Assembly: GCA_016748015.1 (NCBI GenBank)
Contig: JAAOMT010000324.1
Coordinates: forward strand, 1-64,000
DNA length: 64,000 nucleotides
Direction of reading: 5' to 3'
From: Geosiphon pyriformis uo1
Lineage: Eukaryota; Fungi; Glomeromycota
Shown here: piece after piece, positions 61,394 through 64,000 of the stretch
Numbering within the stretch: position 1 is the first letter of the stretch
How the letters are laid out: each line of letters starts with the position of its first letter
Notes under the pieces: model-generated
Told to the model about the DNA's origin: nothing
What the model saw: the letters and a program-made list of their open reading frames with translations, nothing else
The model's database searches: none
Program-made: the position numbers and the translations under genes

Positions 61394-64000
61394 TGTTACT
61401 CATAAAAAAAACATATAAAGAGAATAGTAAGAAAACAGATAGACCAATAAGAGAGTAATAGTTAGCATATGAGCATATTGTTTAGCAATATAAAGCAATG
61501 TCAAAAATTATGGCACATTGTTTAGCAATGTAAAGCAATATTAGAAAATTAGGGTATATTGCTCAGCAATGTAAGCATTGCTCAATAAATTATAGCACAT
61601 TGCTTAGGAATATAAGCAATCTCATAGAACCTAAATTATGTATATATAGCAAGAGCATTAGAAATTAAAAAAACAGAATTGTTACTAAGACCTTCTTACT
61701 ATCAAATATCTATTAGAATTATCAATATCAATAAATAATTATTCACTATCTAAATCACTTTTTCTACTATTAAAACTTTATGTTGATAATATTGAATACT
61801 TGATCATACTAAAACAATAACTCTTAATAATGGCTATTGACAAGATACTAACTTTATTGGCTTGGCTTACATTTTATTTTTTTAATTTTCTTTTGTATTT
61901 TTTTTTTTTGTTGTTTACTAATTGATTAAGAATTAAGCATTGAGTTATTGACATCAAGAATAGCCTGGTAAAAAACCCAACAATAAAAGTAAAACTTTGA
62001 TATATATTAACAGATAGTTTACCAAAAAAACACAACTGCCAGAATAAATCAGTCATCACACTAAAGACAGAAATTGGGAAAACTACTTAGAACACACTAT
62101 AAACATTAGTCATTGAATTTCTGTCTATTATACAAAAAACTCCACCCAAAACCTTTAAATCACAAAATCTTCAGATCATAAAATCTTCAGATCACAAAAT
62201 CTTTAGATAACCAAAACCTTTAGATAATACCAATTATATCAGTCATCAAGCACCAAGTTATAGATTTGTTATTTGATTTAAGGTCCCAAATAATTATCTG
62301 TAATATTTGGTGCTCTCTATGAAGTATAATCTAAGAAAACTAGCACTAACAGCATCCATTTGAAACAGTGACAGAATTCGAAGAAACAGAAACAAACCAT
62401 TTGGGATTTACAAAATACTTATTCCAATATTATTACACCTATCTTGGATTAACAAAAAATAGTTGGCCAACAGAATCAGCTTTTAATTACTATGTTAACA
62501 AAAAAATAGTATATTATTTGGGAGGCCAAGGAGATCCAGAATCTACCTTCAACAATTTCTTTAGTAAACTACTCTAAAACATCATACTGCCACAGAATTA
62601 TTTATTTGCTTCACTAATCACAGAAATAAATAGAGAAATAAAAAAATACACCAAAAAAAATTCTCTATTACCTTTGCTGACAAAAAAAAAAAAGATTGCA
62701 AATACCAACAGAAACTCCAAAGCAAATACAATTATCTACTTGGAAGAAACAGAGAATTGATTCATCTGTTAATCCATCATACCATCACACATTTGGAAAC
62801 ATCATCAATATAATATTAACAGGCACATTTACCACAAATGTAACAACACTATTAAACAGAATCTTATTCCAAAGTAAACAAAAGAAAGCAGAGTTACTAG
62901 AAACATACAGTGATTATTTCAAAGAATTTAAATTACAATCCCCAATGCCATTAGGAATTTGATCACCATCACCACAAACAGATTTTGGAATCATTAGTTT
63001 TTGGAAAATAACTGACTTCAAGAGAGAAAAAGATAACAATCAAAAAATTAATAAGCAAAATTCAATTTTAGAAAATCCAGAAATTCAAACTCTGATCATT
63101 CCAACACAGCAAAATCAGAACAATTCAAATACTGCCCCTATTGTTGCCCAAAACTTATCCCCAGTAATTGTGATCAATCTACTACTAGCTGCACCAATCA
63201 CTGAACAGCAACAGCAACAGCCACAACCACCACCTTAGCAGTAACTACAACAGCAACTTCAACTCCAACTGCAACAACAACTATTATTAATATCAATGGC
63301 ATATACACTCATTGTCAAAATTAAGAAATTTACTGGCAAGAAAGATAATGCTTAAGTATGGCTTAACAACATGGAAAAAACCATCACAGCCAATGGATAG
63401 AACAATAATAGAGCCCTTCAAGCAATTCCCTATTTTTTCCAAGATACCACTGATTTATGGTATCAGAGTTTAGCTGCCAAACCACAAACTTTCTAAGAAT
63501 TCAAACTGGAATTTTTGAGATATTTCAGTAACAATAATAGCATTAACTGCTTGGCAAATATCTTTATTACCATTAAGCAAGAAAAAAGTAAAGCAGTCAC
63601 TATCTACTTAGAACACTTCCACAGAAATCTGTGCTAAATTCAAGCCATTAATGCTAATTATTTTACAATAGTCCAGATTTTGAATCAGTTTATTCATGGA
63701 TTATGCAGCAGCATCCTACAATATATACATCCACTACATCCAGCCAATTTTCAAGCAACAGTTACTCACACCAGAGATTTTGAAGCTGTTGAATTAGAAG
63801 CCAATCATGCCCAAGCTGTAAACCTAGTAATAAATGAATCATCTGAATTGGATTCCAAATTGAAACAATTTAGTAATTTAATTAATCAGAAACTAGAGAG
63901 ATACTTAGTTAACAACAATCAGACAATATATTAACTGCTCCAATATTGCAACAATTCCAGAATTATCAATTAACACTAGAATTAATTGTGTCCAGTGCCA
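61394..64000 (+). mobile_element. gag: Gypsy element F, 5' part (5' LTR 61394-62305, PBS 62308-62324, gag); related to element A
   Basis: LTR tgttactc..ctgtaata followed by PBS tggtgctctctatgaag. ORFs at 62368-62577, 62696-62962 and 63680-63934, a Q/P-rich linker at 63200-63285, and a capsid start MAYTLIVKIKKFTG at ~63296. Confidence 0.9.

Noticed and set aside
63200-63285. CAG/CAA poly-Q tract as a host transcription factor exon
   Set aside because: It lies between the PBS and capsid of element F and has a counterpart in element A (~26045-26110).
1-64000. Short ORFs of the six-frame track as host genes
   Set aside because: They are fragments of retroelement gag/pol/ORF1/ORF2, antisense shadows of them, or LTR-derived. 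None resembles a cellular gene.

Overview
This very AT-rich, CpG-depleted eukaryotic window consists almost entirely of nested, decayed transposable elements. I see no host gene, rRNA, tRNA gene or CRISPR array. The element families resemble those I associate with Glomeromycotina fungi such as Geosiphon; this is an unverified inference. Ty3/Gypsy content: one structurally complete element with two LTRs, PBS, PPT and a 4-bp TSD (15461-23194), several interrupted elements (two carry a dUTPase between protease and RT), and four solo LTRs with 4-bp TSDs. LINE content: two near-full-length APE-RT-RNaseH LINEs, one long LINE remnant, two 3' LINE fragments and an ORF1-only LINE derivative. There is also an unclassified ~1.4-kb element bounded by ACTAG. 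The most interesting signals are: (1) all 12 readable LTR insertion sites have a central CG or one of its deamination products, suggesting CpG-directed integration; (2) a conserved non-Env third ORF between integrase and the 3' LTR in five elements; (3) a PR-Cys-rich-dUTPase-RT pol layout; (4) an ORF1-only parasite sharing the LINE 3' stem-loop; (5) a U5 anti-PBS hairpin; and (6) graded, two-stranded C>T hypermutation that goes beyond CpG. Coordinates of degenerate coding remnants are approximate.
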